DNA of 64,000 nucleotides from Ferruginibacter sp. Lineage in GTDB: Bacteria; Bacteroidota; Bacteroidia; Chitinophagales; Chitinophagaceae. The first letter of the stretch is position 1, and each line of letters opens with the position of its first letter. The translations under genes were made by a program, and so were the position numbers. The stretch covers positions 1,794,590 through 1,858,589 of the forward strand of contig JASGKJ010000003.1 of NCBI GenBank assembly GCA_047600665.1, given 5' to 3'. Positions 11,315 to 20,970 of this stretch are shown here, piece after piece. Below the pieces are notes generated by a model. That model saw only the letters and a list, made by a program, of their open reading frames with translations. It ran no database searches and was not told where the DNA came from.

Positions 11315-12394
11315 TTATTCTTTTTCCGGGCTCCAGTCACCCAGTATTTTATCAAGTGTATAATTTTTAAACTCACTTTTTGTTAATTGTTTTGACCAGG
11401 CCACTCTTTTCTGAACACCACCACCTGCGCCAGTACTGTTATATTCTGCATAATAAACTGTTTGTTCATTTTCTGGTTTTGACCAGTTATCCCAGCCAGC
11501 CGGTAAAATATGTCCGCCCATTTCCGTATTGATAAAAACTGTTTTTGCATTTGGTCGCCAGGGCCGTCCAAGAAAACATTTTGTTGCTGCTGTATCTGCA
11601 ATGAGTTTGCAATTGAAAAAAACATAACCGAATTTTTGACGGGTTGTAGTGGCTGCAGCTGTTATATAAGAATTCACCAGACTTTTTATAATGCAATTTT
11701 TGAAAACAACAGTTGCTTCGCCAAAAATGAAATCAGTGGTTCCTTCTATATAACAATTCTTATAATACTGGCGGCTGTTCTCTGTTGCAGCATACAAAGT
11801 ATCCTGGTTGCCCAGCAGCCGGCAATTTTCAATTTGCACCCGGTCGGCTTCCACATGTAGTGCCACCGCCTGCCCTACCCTGCCCGAGGTATTTTCTATG
11901 GTAAGATTCTTTGCAACAAAATCATTACCCTGCACCAGTAATGTATAAGAAGTATAGGTACTGTACTTGGCCCTCCCCAACGCATCCTTACCGCCGGGAT
12001 AATCTTTACCTGAATAATCTGCATTGGTAATAATGGTGGTGGCATTGTTTTCTCCGATCAATGACACTTTGGTTTTCCAGGATGGAACGATGACCTTTTC
12101 ATGATAAACACCAGGTCTTATAAAAATAGTGACCTGCTCCTGCGAAAGATCACGAACAGCATTGATTGCCTCCTGTATTGTCCTGTAATCACCACTGCCG
12201 TCCTGCGCCACCGTTAGTGTTTTGGGATAGGGTGGCACAACCTGCCCTTTTAGTCTTGCATTTACCTTCCATGCAGTATCCGTGCTTGTTTGCTGTGCAT
12301 CTATACTAACAGTATACAGCAAACCGGTAACAACCAGCACACTGGCCTTTAGCAGCGCAAACAGTCGTTTTGCATTATAATAGTTAAACGTCAT
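11315..12394 (-). CDS. Pectinesterase (CE8)
   Basis: VAQDGSGDYRTIQEAI, GQAVAL, QDTLY, IEGTTDFIFG, LGRPW, GWDNW, YYAEY. Confidence 0.95.
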   Translation of the reverse strand: MTFNYYNAKRLFALLKASVLVVTGLLYTVSIDAQQTSTDTAWKVNARLKGQVVPPYPKTLTVAQDGSGDYRTIQEAINAVRDLSQEQVTIFIRPGVYHEKVIVPSWKTKVSLIGENNATTIITNADYSGKDYPGGKDALGRAKYSTYTSYTLLVQGNDFVAKNLTIENTSGRVGQAVALHVEADRVQIENCRLLGNQDTLYAATENSRQYYKNCYIEGTTDFIFGEATVVFKNCIIKSLVNSYITAAATTTRQKFGYVFFNCKLIADTAATKCFLGRPWRPNAKTVFINTEMGGHILPAGWDNWSKPENEQTVYYAEYNSTGAGGGVQKRVAWSKQLTKSEFKNYTLDKILGDWSPEKE

Positions 12395-12398
12395 ATTA

Positions 12399-14081
12399 TT
12401 AATTTACAAGCACCATAGAAGCATCTGCATCATAATCAAATACCAGCTGGTCATTTTTATTTGGTATAGCCGTGTTCGTTAGCCTGATGTTACCGCTTTT
12501 TGCCCCGCTTACACTTAATAAAATTTTAGAAGATGGAACATACCTGATATCATTCAGTTCTATATCTGTACTGTTTTCCACGTAGATCATTGATTTTGCC
12601 TGGTGGCTGAGCAATTGCACATCCGACAGGTGAATATCATTGGCTGCGATGATCTCGGCGCCTTTGTTGGCCGTAAGAACAAGACCATTCAAAAAGATAT
12701 GCTTTACACTCATCTCGGGAAGCCCTCTTACAAAAATTCCTCTTTCAGCTCCATCACAAACAACATTATTGATATAAAAATTTTTAAACTGGGGCGTGGC
12801 TTCCGTCACCGGCGGTATCTCAGCTTTTTCGTTTTTGCCTGGAGGTTTCATAAAATAGTACATATCAAAAAGGATCGCATCATGTACGATATCTTTCATC
12901 CGGATATTCTTTATATATATATTTTCAACAACACCGCCACGCCCTCTTGCTGTTTTAAAGCGCAGGCCATTATCTGTTCCGATAAATGAACAATCATACA
13001 CAAAGATGTTCCGGGCGCCACCGCTCATTTCAGATCCAATTACAAAACCACCATGTGCTTTATACACCACGTTATTGCGGATCACAACATTTTCTGTTGG
13101 CTTACCTCTTTTACGGCCTTCTTCATCCCTCCCGGATTTAATACAGATGCCATCATCACCCACATCAAACGTGCAGTCTTCGATCAGTACATTCCTGCAA
13201 CTTTCAACATCCACCCCATCGCCATTCTGTGCATAATCAGGGTTTTTAACCAATACGTTCCGTATCACCAGGTCTTCACACAACACAGGATGCAGGCACC
13301 ATGCCGGAGAGTTTTGAAAGGTCACACCTTCAAGCAAGATCTTTTTACAATTGTTAAACACTAAAAGATTGGGGCGTAAAAAATCTTTGATATCCTCAAA
13401 ATCTTTCAGGGACTGGCCGTCTGTGATCGTTGGTGTTCTTTTTTGTTCATACGCCAGCTTTGTCTTCGCCGATGGGAACCAGGTTTTACCTTCGGTATTG
13501 ATCAATCCACCCGAAGCAACTTTTGAATTCCATTCCGATTCGGTCAGCCGGTCCTTTCCAACCATGCGCCATACATCTCCGTTACCATCGATGATGCCTT
13601 TGCCTGTTACTGCAATATTTTCCAGGTTGTTACCATAGATTGGTGACTGATTTCTTGCTGACCGTCTTCCTTCATAGGTACCTTCTATCAAAGGGTACTG
13701 GTCAAAATCTTTTGAGAATAGTAAAATAGCATCTCTTTCAATATGCAGGTTCACATTGCTTTTCATCCCTACCGGGCCGGTAAGCCATATACCGCCGGGG
13801 ACCAACACTACACCACCACCATTCTCACTGCAACGTGTAATCGCTTTACTGATACTGACAGTATTTAACGAAATGCCGTCAGGTTTTGCACCAAAATCAA
13901 CGATATTAAATGTGTCATTTTTAAATACGGGTGACTTTACTGAAGGAAGATTATCCCATGAATGACCACCTGTTGACTGGGCATTTACTCTTATGCAGCA
14001 AAGCATACACAATAAGGCTATTGCTGTAAGGATTTTATCTTTTATTTGAACATTTTCCATATTGCGGATCATCCCTTTCAT
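12399..14081 (-). CDS. Glycoside hydrolase family 28 (polygalacturonase)
   Basis: NGDGVD, GDDGICIKSG, HGGFVIGSE and RFKT catalytic motifs; signal peptide. Confidence 0.95.
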   Translation of the reverse strand: MKGMIRNMENVQIKDKILTAIALLCMLCCIRVNAQSTGGHSWDNLPSVKSPVFKNDTFNIVDFGAKPDGISLNTVSISKAITRCSENGGGVVLVPGGIWLTGPVGMKSNVNLHIERDAILLFSKDFDQYPLIEGTYEGRRSARNQSPIYGNNLENIAVTGKGIIDGNGDVWRMVGKDRLTESEWNSKVASGGLINTEGKTWFPSAKTKLAYEQKRTPTITDGQSLKDFEDIKDFLRPNLLVFNNCKKILLEGVTFQNSPAWCLHPVLCEDLVIRNVLVKNPDYAQNGDGVDVESCRNVLIEDCTFDVGDDGICIKSGRDEEGRKRGKPTENVVIRNNVVYKAHGGFVIGSEMSGGARNIFVYDCSFIGTDNGLRFKTARGRGGVVENIYIKNIRMKDIVHDAILFDMYYFMKPPGKNEKAEIPPVTEATPQFKNFYINNVVCDGAERGIFVRGLPEMSVKHIFLNGLVLTANKGAEIIAANDIHLSDVQLLSHQAKSMIYVENSTDIELNDIRYVPSSKILLSVSGAKSGNIRLTNTAIPNKNDQLVFDYDADASMVLVN

Positions 14082-15019
14082 TTAATAATTGTTTTAGGTA
14101 TAAAACCCATTTCGGTCAACCATCCCTCACACAGGTTTGTCCATTCTTCTGTAGTGCCGGGATTATTACGCAAGGCTATTGCATGGGCTCCCTGCGGAAA
14201 CACATGAAGGCTGCTTGTCACTTTCTGTTCAAACAATGCTTTATACAATAACAGGCTGTTCATTGCAGATACAACATTATCATTAAAAGCATGAACAATA
14301 AATGCAGGTGCAGTCGAATTGGTCACCCGGTTTTGTATGGAATAAGTATTTATTAAATCGGGTGAAGCATTCTCACCCAGCAAATTTTTACGACTGCCTG
14401 CATGAGCGTAGGTACCCATGTCGATGACCGGCGAAACCAGGATCATAAAATTGGGATGAGAAGAAATCGTATCCAGTGAATCATAATAACCAATAGTATC
14501 TTTTATATCGGTTCCCAACAGGGCAGCCAAATGGCCACCTGCAGAAGAGCCCTGAACTCCGATCCTATCTGTTTTTATACTCCATGCTGCTGCATTTTTC
14601 CGGATGATGCGTATTGCCCGTTGTGCATCCTGCAACGGGCCAATCTCCCTTTTTACAAGGTCTGGTGAGTTGGGCAGCCGGTAGTTCAATACGAATGCGC
14701 TGACCCCAATTGAATTGAACCATTTGGCCAACTGTGTGCCACTGGTCACGTAAGACAGGCGTTCATAACCTCCACCCGGGCATATCAATACTGCAGCGCC
14801 TTTGTTTTCCTTTACAGATGGGAAGAATGCATACATGCCTGGTGTACCTACCCTGAATATGCGTTCGTTGGAAATACTGTCTGTAAGTTTTAATCCCCGG
14901 CTGTTGGGCATTTTACCAGCGGGGTAAAGAGGAATGAATTCAGTGAATAGCCCTGCCTGTCCCCATGCAGTTACTGCAAAGAGGCAAACTGGCAGAAATA
15001 AGAAGCGCTTTCTTTTCAT
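14078..15019 (-). CDS. Secreted alpha/beta hydrolase esterase; first gene of the pectin operon
   Basis: Signal peptide, CPGGGY, GSSAGG nucleophile elbow, D...H (AFND, GAH). Overlaps the GH28 start by 4 nt. Confidence 0.85.
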   Translation of the reverse strand: MKRKRFLFLPVCLFAVTAWGQAGLFTEFIPLYPAGKMPNSRGLKLTDSISNERIFRVGTPGMYAFFPSVKENKGAAVLICPGGGYERLSYVTSGTQLAKWFNSIGVSAFVLNYRLPNSPDLVKREIGPLQDAQRAIRIIRKNAAAWSIKTDRIGVQGSSAGGHLAALLGTDIKDTIGYYDSLDTISSHPNFMILVSPVIDMGTYAHAGSRKNLLGENASPDLINTYSIQNRVTNSTAPAFIVHAFNDNVVSAMNSLLLYKALFEQKVTSSLHVFPQGAHAIALRNNPGTTEEWTNLCEGWLTEMGFIPKTIIK

Positions 15020-15164
15020 ACAGCAGCCCGGTTTTTAATTTTATAAACCATACCCGGTTCAAGACAACCAAAGCACAGTTAATTTTTAATGGCTTAACAA
15101 GCAGTAATCGTCCCGCTGATTTTCTGTGCGGCTTTTAATGCGGTACACAAAAAATCATTGTGCT

Positions 15165-15172
15165 CAAATCTA
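15165..15172 (-). promoter_or_regulatory. Bacteroidota sigma70 -7 element (TAGATTTG) for the pectin operon
   Basis: Plus-strand caaatcta matches TAnnTTTG on the minus strand, 146 bp upstream of the esterase start. Confidence 0.6.
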
Positions 15173-15191
15173 TACTACAGGGGAAAAGAGG

Positions 15192-15222
15192 AGGTTCGAT
15201 TTTTATTCGAATAGGTTCAAAA
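15192..15222. promoter_or_regulatory. Candidate HTCS operator: AGGTTCGATT and AGGTTCAAAA direct repeats 21 bp apart
   Basis: Repeats start at 15192 and 15213, immediately upstream of the -7 box and just downstream of the HTCS gene. Confidence 0.5.
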
Positions 15223-15368
15223 TTTAACCGGTATAAAAAATATTTATTGATAATCAATCACTAAGAAATTGGCTGCCTGAGTTTCCAGACAAGATTGTTA
15301 GTGCAATAAAAGTGAACCGGCACCGAAATGTCCATTAAAAACATGGCAGTCTTTATGAAAAAATTTGG

Positions 15369-18300
15369 CTAACCTGTTTTTAACCGCAGGTATTCCGATG
15401 GAGACACATGATACTTTTCTTTAAAGCAGGTACTGAAGTATTTGGGATTATTAAAGCCGGACAAATAGGCAGCTTCTGAAATATTATTTTGCCCGCCATC
15501 CAGGTATTGTTTGGCTCTTTGCAGCCGCATATCTTTTACAAATTCCACCGGCGTTAGCCCGGTAAGACTTTTGAATTTCTTATAAAAAGTAGTCCGGCTC
15601 ATCAGCATGGTTTCGGCGATGGTTTCAATATTAAAGTCAGGATCGGTCATCTTTTCTTCCACAGCCCGGATCACATCTTTTAAGAAAGTTTCATCACCTG
15701 AAGTAACCACCACGGTACCGGGACTCAATTCAACCTGCTGCTTTTTCTGAACCAGCGAGTCAAATAAATTTTTCCGCTGCCGGAGCAGGTTATCAATGGA
15801 AGCAATAAGAAATTCATTATTGAATGGCTTGGTGATGTAATAATCTGCGCCGTACTTTAATCCTTCTATCTGGCTTTCGATTGAATATTTTGCAGACAGC
15901 AGCACCACCGGTATATGGCTGGTATTAATATCATGCTTTACTTTATCCAGCAGCTGGATACCATCCATTACAGGCATCATAATATCACTTACAATAAGAT
16001 CAGGTTCCTGGCTTACCGCTTTACGGTAACCCTCTTCTCCATCCTTTGCGGTTTCCACCCGGTAAAACTCTCCTAACTGCCCTGTTAAAAACAACCTGAG
16101 TTCGTCATTATCTTCCACCAGCAATACCAATGGCGCTTCGGGTCCTTTTTCAGTATGTGTAAATATTGATTGGGGTAAAATTTGCTGCTCTACCGGTTTG
16201 GCTGTGGGTAAACCGGCAGGCGCCTCAGCAACAACCGGTGTATGTTCTCCAGCATTTTTAGTTCCTGTTTTAAGTTTAAAGGTTACTGTAAGACCACCTG
16301 CTGCATTATTTTCTGCCCAAATATTACCGCCATGAAGATTCACAAATTCTTTACAAAGCGCCAGGCCAATACCTGTTCCTTTTACTTCCCGTGCCGATGG
16401 ATGATCGCCTTCATAAAACAGTTCAAAAATATTGTTGAGTTTTTCTTTTTGCACACCCAGCCCTTCATCCGCTACAGCAATTGAAAAACTTTCTTCCCCG
16501 GGTAATGCGCTGATAATTATTTTGACCGCTTTCCCTTCAGGTGTAAATTTTATCGCATTACCCAGCAGGTTATATATTATCACATCCAGTTTATCAGCAT
16601 CTACCCATGCAGCCAGGCTGTTTTCATTTGATATTATATCAAGCTTGATCCGCTTGCTTCGTATTGCTTCTGTAAAATAATCACTGATCTTTTTTACAAA
16701 ACTTATGATCTCCACTCTTGAAGCGTTGAGTGTTGCTTTATTACTTTCCACTTTGCGCAGGTCGAGCAACTGGTTAATAAAACGTACCATCCTGTTGGCA
16801 TTCTTACGTACGATCTCTGCGTATGCTGTTCCTTCAGCAGAAAGCTTTTCTTTTTTGGCTATTTGCTCCAGCGGATTTAATATAAGTGTAAGTGGTGTTC
16901 TCAATTCGTGTGACACATTTGTAAAGAACTGGAGTTTGAGCGCTGCCAGCTTTTGTTCCACCGCAATCTTATTACGCAGCCTTATCATGGCAAGGGCTGT
17001 TCGCCAGATGATGAGCAATAGCGCTATGGCAACAACAGCGTATATGAGATATGCCCACCAGGTTCTCCATGGTGGTGGTAATATGGTGAATGAAAGCCGC
17101 CGGGAAGGGATGTTGGTGTAAAGCTCACTGTTAAGGCTCTTTACCTCGAATATATAATGACCGGGGGGAAGGTTGGTGTATGTTGCTCTCCGCTGGTTGC
17201 GGTCATCATGCCATTTGTCATCAAAACCGGCTAAACGGTAAGCATAACCGGAACGGCTGCCCGCCCGGTAATCCAATATCGAATAATCAATACTGATGAT
17301 ATTCTGGTTATGTTTCAGTGTTAGTTCAGGAACATAATTAATATCATTTTGCAGGACAGTTTCATTCATCCCGGGGCCTGCATCTTCATTATTTACCTGG
17401 ATATTGGTAAATACAATATTGGCAGCAATGCGGTCCGTGCTCATACTTGCAGGATCGAAAGAAAGCAGCCCTTTAGTGGTACCAAATACAAGCTGACCGT
17501 TGGGTAAAGGGGTTGACACAGCCGCTTCTGAAAAACTTGCCCTCGGCAATCCTTCATACGAATCATAATTTTTAAAAACTCCAGTCCCCGGTTTAAATTC
17601 TGACAGACCGCTTTCGGTTGTGATCCATAAATTACCTTTCCTGTCTTCAGCACAACTCAATACATAATCATTTGAAAGACCATCCCTCGTAGTGTAATTC
17701 CGGAACTTCAGTGAATTGTCTATATCGTTATTCTTTGCAAGACAAATACCACCACCGGAAGTAGCAAGCCACATTTGGTTTTTAGAATCCCTGTAAACAA
17801 ACTGGATATCATTGTTGCCCAAACTTTCTTTATCTCCGGGGATTTTGCTGCAGGTTACATACTTTCCAGGGTCATTGGCATCCATTATTAATAAGCCGCT
17901 GGTTGTTCCTATCCAAAGGTTACCTTTTCCATCCAGTGCCATATGCCTTATCTTATTAAAATTCTCTTTGGGATACTTAAAATAAGCATCGTTCCTGTGA
18001 ATGAATTTTACAGAATCTTTACCGTCCTGCACCAGCAGCAGGCCTTCATCAAAAGAACCAATGCATATCCTTCCCTGTTTATCTTCCAGCAATGAATAAA
18101 TTTCCCGGCAGCCCAGTCCAAATTTTTTGTTCCTGTCTGTTTGATAATGAGTCAGCCGGTATTTTGATTGCGTTACATCTGTTGGCGTAGCTTTGAACAA
18201 ACCATTTCCTTTGGTGCCTATCCATATATTATTCTTACTGTCCTGTAAAATTGAATACACATATCCGAAACCGTTAGCGGGTTCATTACTAAACAGGTCT

Positions 18301-19757
18301 TTTATTTCCTTTTCGTTTTGATATATATATAACCTGCCGCTTTTTGCCCCTGCCCAAACCCTGCCCTGCCGGTCGTAATAAATACCCCGCACTTCATTGT
18401 CAGCTCTTGAAACTTCATTTTCCTCCAATAGCTGTTGCTTAAAGCTGTTCCCCTGCAGGATCAGTTTCACAAGCTGCCGTTCGTTAGTAGTGAACCATAA
18501 TATGCCTGCTTCATCAAAAAAGATAGCATAAATAATAGAGGGCAGCTGGTAAACAGATCCGTCTGATGTATTAACCGTTTTTTTTATTGAATTTTCTTTG
18601 CTGTCGTAATACCCAAATCCACCGCCTTTCATATTTATCCAAACCATGCCGTTCTTATCTTCCAGCACCTTGTACCGGTTGCCGATCACGTTATAATGTT
18701 TTGCATTGCTTTCAAAAAAATGCCGGGATGTTTTGCTTACAGGATCATATCTTACTACACCGGTATTTTCAGGTTCTATCCATAGAAAGCCCTGCCTGTC
18801 TTCATAGACAGTATAAAGCGCCCCTGCAGATTGCTGGCTTGTTGCCGTTATATTTCTCTTTGTAATATCGAAACTAGCCAGTATTCCATCAGCGGTTGTA
18901 ATGTATACAGCTGTTCTTTTTTTTGACCTTAGTAATGCATTGATATTGCTGTTACTGATCTTATAAGACGAAAAAGTGTTTTTGTTTTTATCAAAAAGAA
19001 TAAAATTTCCATCTGCTGTTCCAAAGAAAACATGATCACTATCTTCATCAACAGTTGTACAGTTTGTGTTGCCGGCAATTTGTGCCGGTACAATACTGCT
19101 GTTTACATAGTTACTCCCGGGAGACTGAACAAAACAGCACAAACCTGCAGGTGTTCCCACCCATACCCGGTTCTGGCTGTCCTGGTGCCAAAAGTTAATG
19201 ACATTGGAAGGCAAGTACTGATCTTTACCGCCGCTCTTATTAAACCTGGTGAAGGAATTTTGTGCCGGTGTTTTTTGAGAAAGGCAAAAAAGTCCATCTG
19301 TTTCTGATTGCAGCCATACCTTACCATTGGATGCAGCCAGTATCTTATAAAAGAATGTTTTTTTATTACTGCCGCTGTCGATGAACTTTGACAATGACCT
19401 GAACTGCCTGGTTCGTTTATCAAAAAGATAAACCTGTTTATCATATGCAATGATCCATAACTGGCCTTCCTGGTCCTCCACGATCTCATCGATCCTGTCA
19501 TTTTCCAGCACAGACATATCGCCGGGAGAAGATTTAAAGGAAACAAAAGAATGCCCGTCGAAACGGTTGATCCCATCCCAGCTTCCAAACCACATAAACC
19601 CTTCGCTGTCTTTTACAATGCAGGTTACAGCCTGGTGAGATAAGCCCTGCTCAGTAGAATAAAAATCGACTTTGCATTTGGGCTGCGCCAGCGCATTTAA
19701 CAGGAACAGGAAAGAGCATATTACAGCAATAAATATCCTTTTACAAACAGGCTTCAT
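15369..19757 (-). CDS. Hybrid two-component system sensor kinase/response regulator (beta-propeller, Y_Y_Y, HisKA, HATPase, REC, AraC HTH)
   Basis: GLSHQAV/Reg_prop repeats, YTNLPPGHYIFEV, FFTNVSHELRTPL, GTGIGLAL, DIMMPVMDG, GFNNPKYFSTCFK. Confidence 0.97.
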   Translation of the reverse strand: MKPVCKRIFIAVICSFLFLLNALAQPKCKVDFYSTEQGLSHQAVTCIVKDSEGFMWFGSWDGINRFDGHSFVSFKSSPGDMSVLENDRIDEIVEDQEGQLWIIAYDKQVYLFDKRTRQFRSLSKFIDSGSNKKTFFYKILAASNGKVWLQSETDGLFCLSQKTPAQNSFTRFNKSGGKDQYLPSNVINFWHQDSQNRVWVGTPAGLCCFVQSPGSNYVNSSIVPAQIAGNTNCTTVDEDSDHVFFGTADGNFILFDKNKNTFSSYKISNSNINALLRSKKRTAVYITTADGILASFDITKRNITATSQQSAGALYTVYEDRQGFLWIEPENTGVVRYDPVSKTSRHFFESNAKHYNVIGNRYKVLEDKNGMVWINMKGGGFGYYDSKENSIKKTVNTSDGSVYQLPSIIYAIFFDEAGILWFTTNERQLVKLILQGNSFKQQLLEENEVSRADNEVRGIYYDRQGRVWAGAKSGRLYIYQNEKEIKDLFSNEPANGFGYVYSILQDSKNNIWIGTKGNGLFKATPTDVTQSKYRLTHYQTDRNKKFGLGCREIYSLLEDKQGRICIGSFDEGLLLVQDGKDSVKFIHRNDAYFKYPKENFNKIRHMALDGKGNLWIGTTSGLLIMDANDPGKYVTCSKIPGDKESLGNNDIQFVYRDSKNQMWLATSGGGICLAKNNDIDNSLKFRNYTTRDGLSNDYVLSCAEDRKGNLWITTESGLSEFKPGTGVFKNYDSYEGLPRASFSEAAVSTPLPNGQLVFGTTKGLLSFDPASMSTDRIAANIVFTNIQVNNEDAGPGMNETVLQNDINYVPELTLKHNQNIISIDYSILDYRAGSRSGYAYRLAGFDDKWHDDRNQRRATYTNLPPGHYIFEVKSLNSELYTNIPSRRLSFTILPPPWRTWWAYLIYAVVAIALLLIIWRTALAMIRLRNKIAVEQKLAALKLQFFTNVSHELRTPLTLILNPLEQIAKKEKLSAEGTAYAEIVRKNANRMVRFINQLLDLRKVESNKATLNASRVEIISFVKKISDYFTEAIRSKRIKLDIISNENSLAAWVDADKLDVIIYNLLGNAIKFTPEGKAVKIIISALPGEESFSIAVADEGLGVQKEKLNNIFELFYEGDHPSAREVKGTGIGLALCKEFVNLHGGNIWAENNAAGGLTVTFKLKTGTKNAGEHTPVVAEAPAGLPTAKPVEQQILPQSIFTHTEKGPEAPLVLLVEDNDELRLFLTGQLGEFYRVETAKDGEEGYRKAVSQEPDLIVSDIMMPVMDGIQLLDKVKHDINTSHIPVVLLSAKYSIESQIEGLKYGADYYITKPFNNEFLIASIDNLLRQRKNLFDSLVQKKQQVELSPGTVVVTSGDETFLKDVIRAVEEKMTDPDFNIETIAETMLMSRTTFYKKFKSLTGLTPVEFVKDMRLQRAKQYLDGGQNNISEAAYLSGFNNPKYFSTCFKEKYHVSPSEYLRLKTG

Positions 19758-19946
19758 TTTATTTCATTGTATCAAACAAGTTTTTTCTGCATTTTCTAAC
19801 GGTCATGGATATATAAAGCACGAAGACTTGATAATTAGCTGCATTTAGAATGCACGGTTTCTCATCTGCCTGCATTGATATTTCATTCGTTGGTAAAATT
19901 AGATAAAAAGTACCCGAATATTACTATCCAGCCAAAGGCAAAAAAG

Positions 19947-20002
19947 TTAATGCTGCCGCTTTTATTCTTATAATTACTTAAAAGAATATGCGGCAGCATT
20001 AA
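19947..20002 (-). terminator. Rho-independent terminator of the methyltransferase gene
   Basis: TTAATGCTGCCGC / GCGGCAGCATTAA is a 13-bp perfect inverted repeat, followed on the minus strand by CTTTTT. Confidence 0.7.
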
Positions 20003-20061
20003 ATGGTTTCTCATTCCAGGTAAAAGGAATTCAAACTAAAATCACATAAAAAAACATCCTG

Positions 20062-20874
20062 CTACAACTGTACTGTTACCCGTAAAAAGGTTGCCGGTAT
20101 AGAAGTAGTGTTTGCATCCCCGCTCTTGTTTTGACCGGCAAACAATGTTTCCAGTTCTTCCTGGAGTTGTTCCGCCTTGCCATTCTTCTCCGCAGCTTCA
20201 AATGCATTCATCGTAGGACCATAATAGTTTTTAAACACACTCACAAACGCTGATGGAGGATAAGAAGCATTGAAAGTAAAACTGTCTTTAACGAAAGAGA
20301 TGTTTTCTTTTGGAACACCAGCCTGTACAAACCGGTCCGTTACCTCTTCTTCCTTACCCCACAGCATCGGGCTGATAAAACCTTCAGGTGGGGCAGGGGT
20401 ATAAGCAGAGCTGATCTTTAATATCTGCGCCACCAGTGTTGGATCTCCCGGTATCCAGTTCCCCATTACTATTTTCCCTCCCGGTTTTGTTACCCGTACC
20501 ATCTCTTTTGCAACCTCGTAAGGCTTGGGTGCAAACATAGCGCCGAAGATGGTGACAACAAGATCAAAACTGTTGTCTTCAATACCGTCAAGCGATACTG
20601 CATCTCCTTCCTGGAAAACACAATTGTCAAGGCCTTCCTCTTTTGCACGCTGGTTTCCTGCTGCCACAAGATTTCTTGCAATATCGACACCTAAAACTTT
20701 TGCTCCGGTTTTTGCTTCCGGTATTGCGGTGGTACCATCGCCACAACCAAGATCTAGCACGCTAAGATCTTTTGTAACGCCTAATTTGGCTACCAAGGCT
20801 TCCCCGCTTCCACGCATTGTTTTAGCGAGCTGGGTGAAGTCTCCTTTTTCCCAAAGAATTTTGTTTGGATTCAT
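20062..20874 (-). CDS. Class I SAM-dependent methyltransferase
   Basis: VLDLGCGDG motif I, GVD, EGDA, FDLVVTIFGAMF, RVTKPGG. Confidence 0.92.
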   Translation of the reverse strand: MNPNKILWEKGDFTQLAKTMRGSGEALVAKLGVTKDLSVLDLGCGDGTTAIPEAKTGAKVLGVDIARNLVAAGNQRAKEEGLDNCVFQEGDAVSLDGIEDNSFDLVVTIFGAMFAPKPYEVAKEMVRVTKPGGKIVMGNWIPGDPTLVAQILKISSAYTPAPPEGFISPMLWGKEEEVTDRFVQAGVPKENISFVKDSFTFNASYPPSAFVSVFKNYYGPTMNAFEAAEKNGKAEQLQEELETLFAGQNKSGDANTTSIPATFLRVTVQL

Positions 20875-20970
20875 GACTTTTCTTTTTTGTTTTTATTGTT
20901 AATAAATGATTACGCTTAAATAAAGGTTAACAGGATTGAACTAAGGATACAGTTTTCACAAACACAGGAT

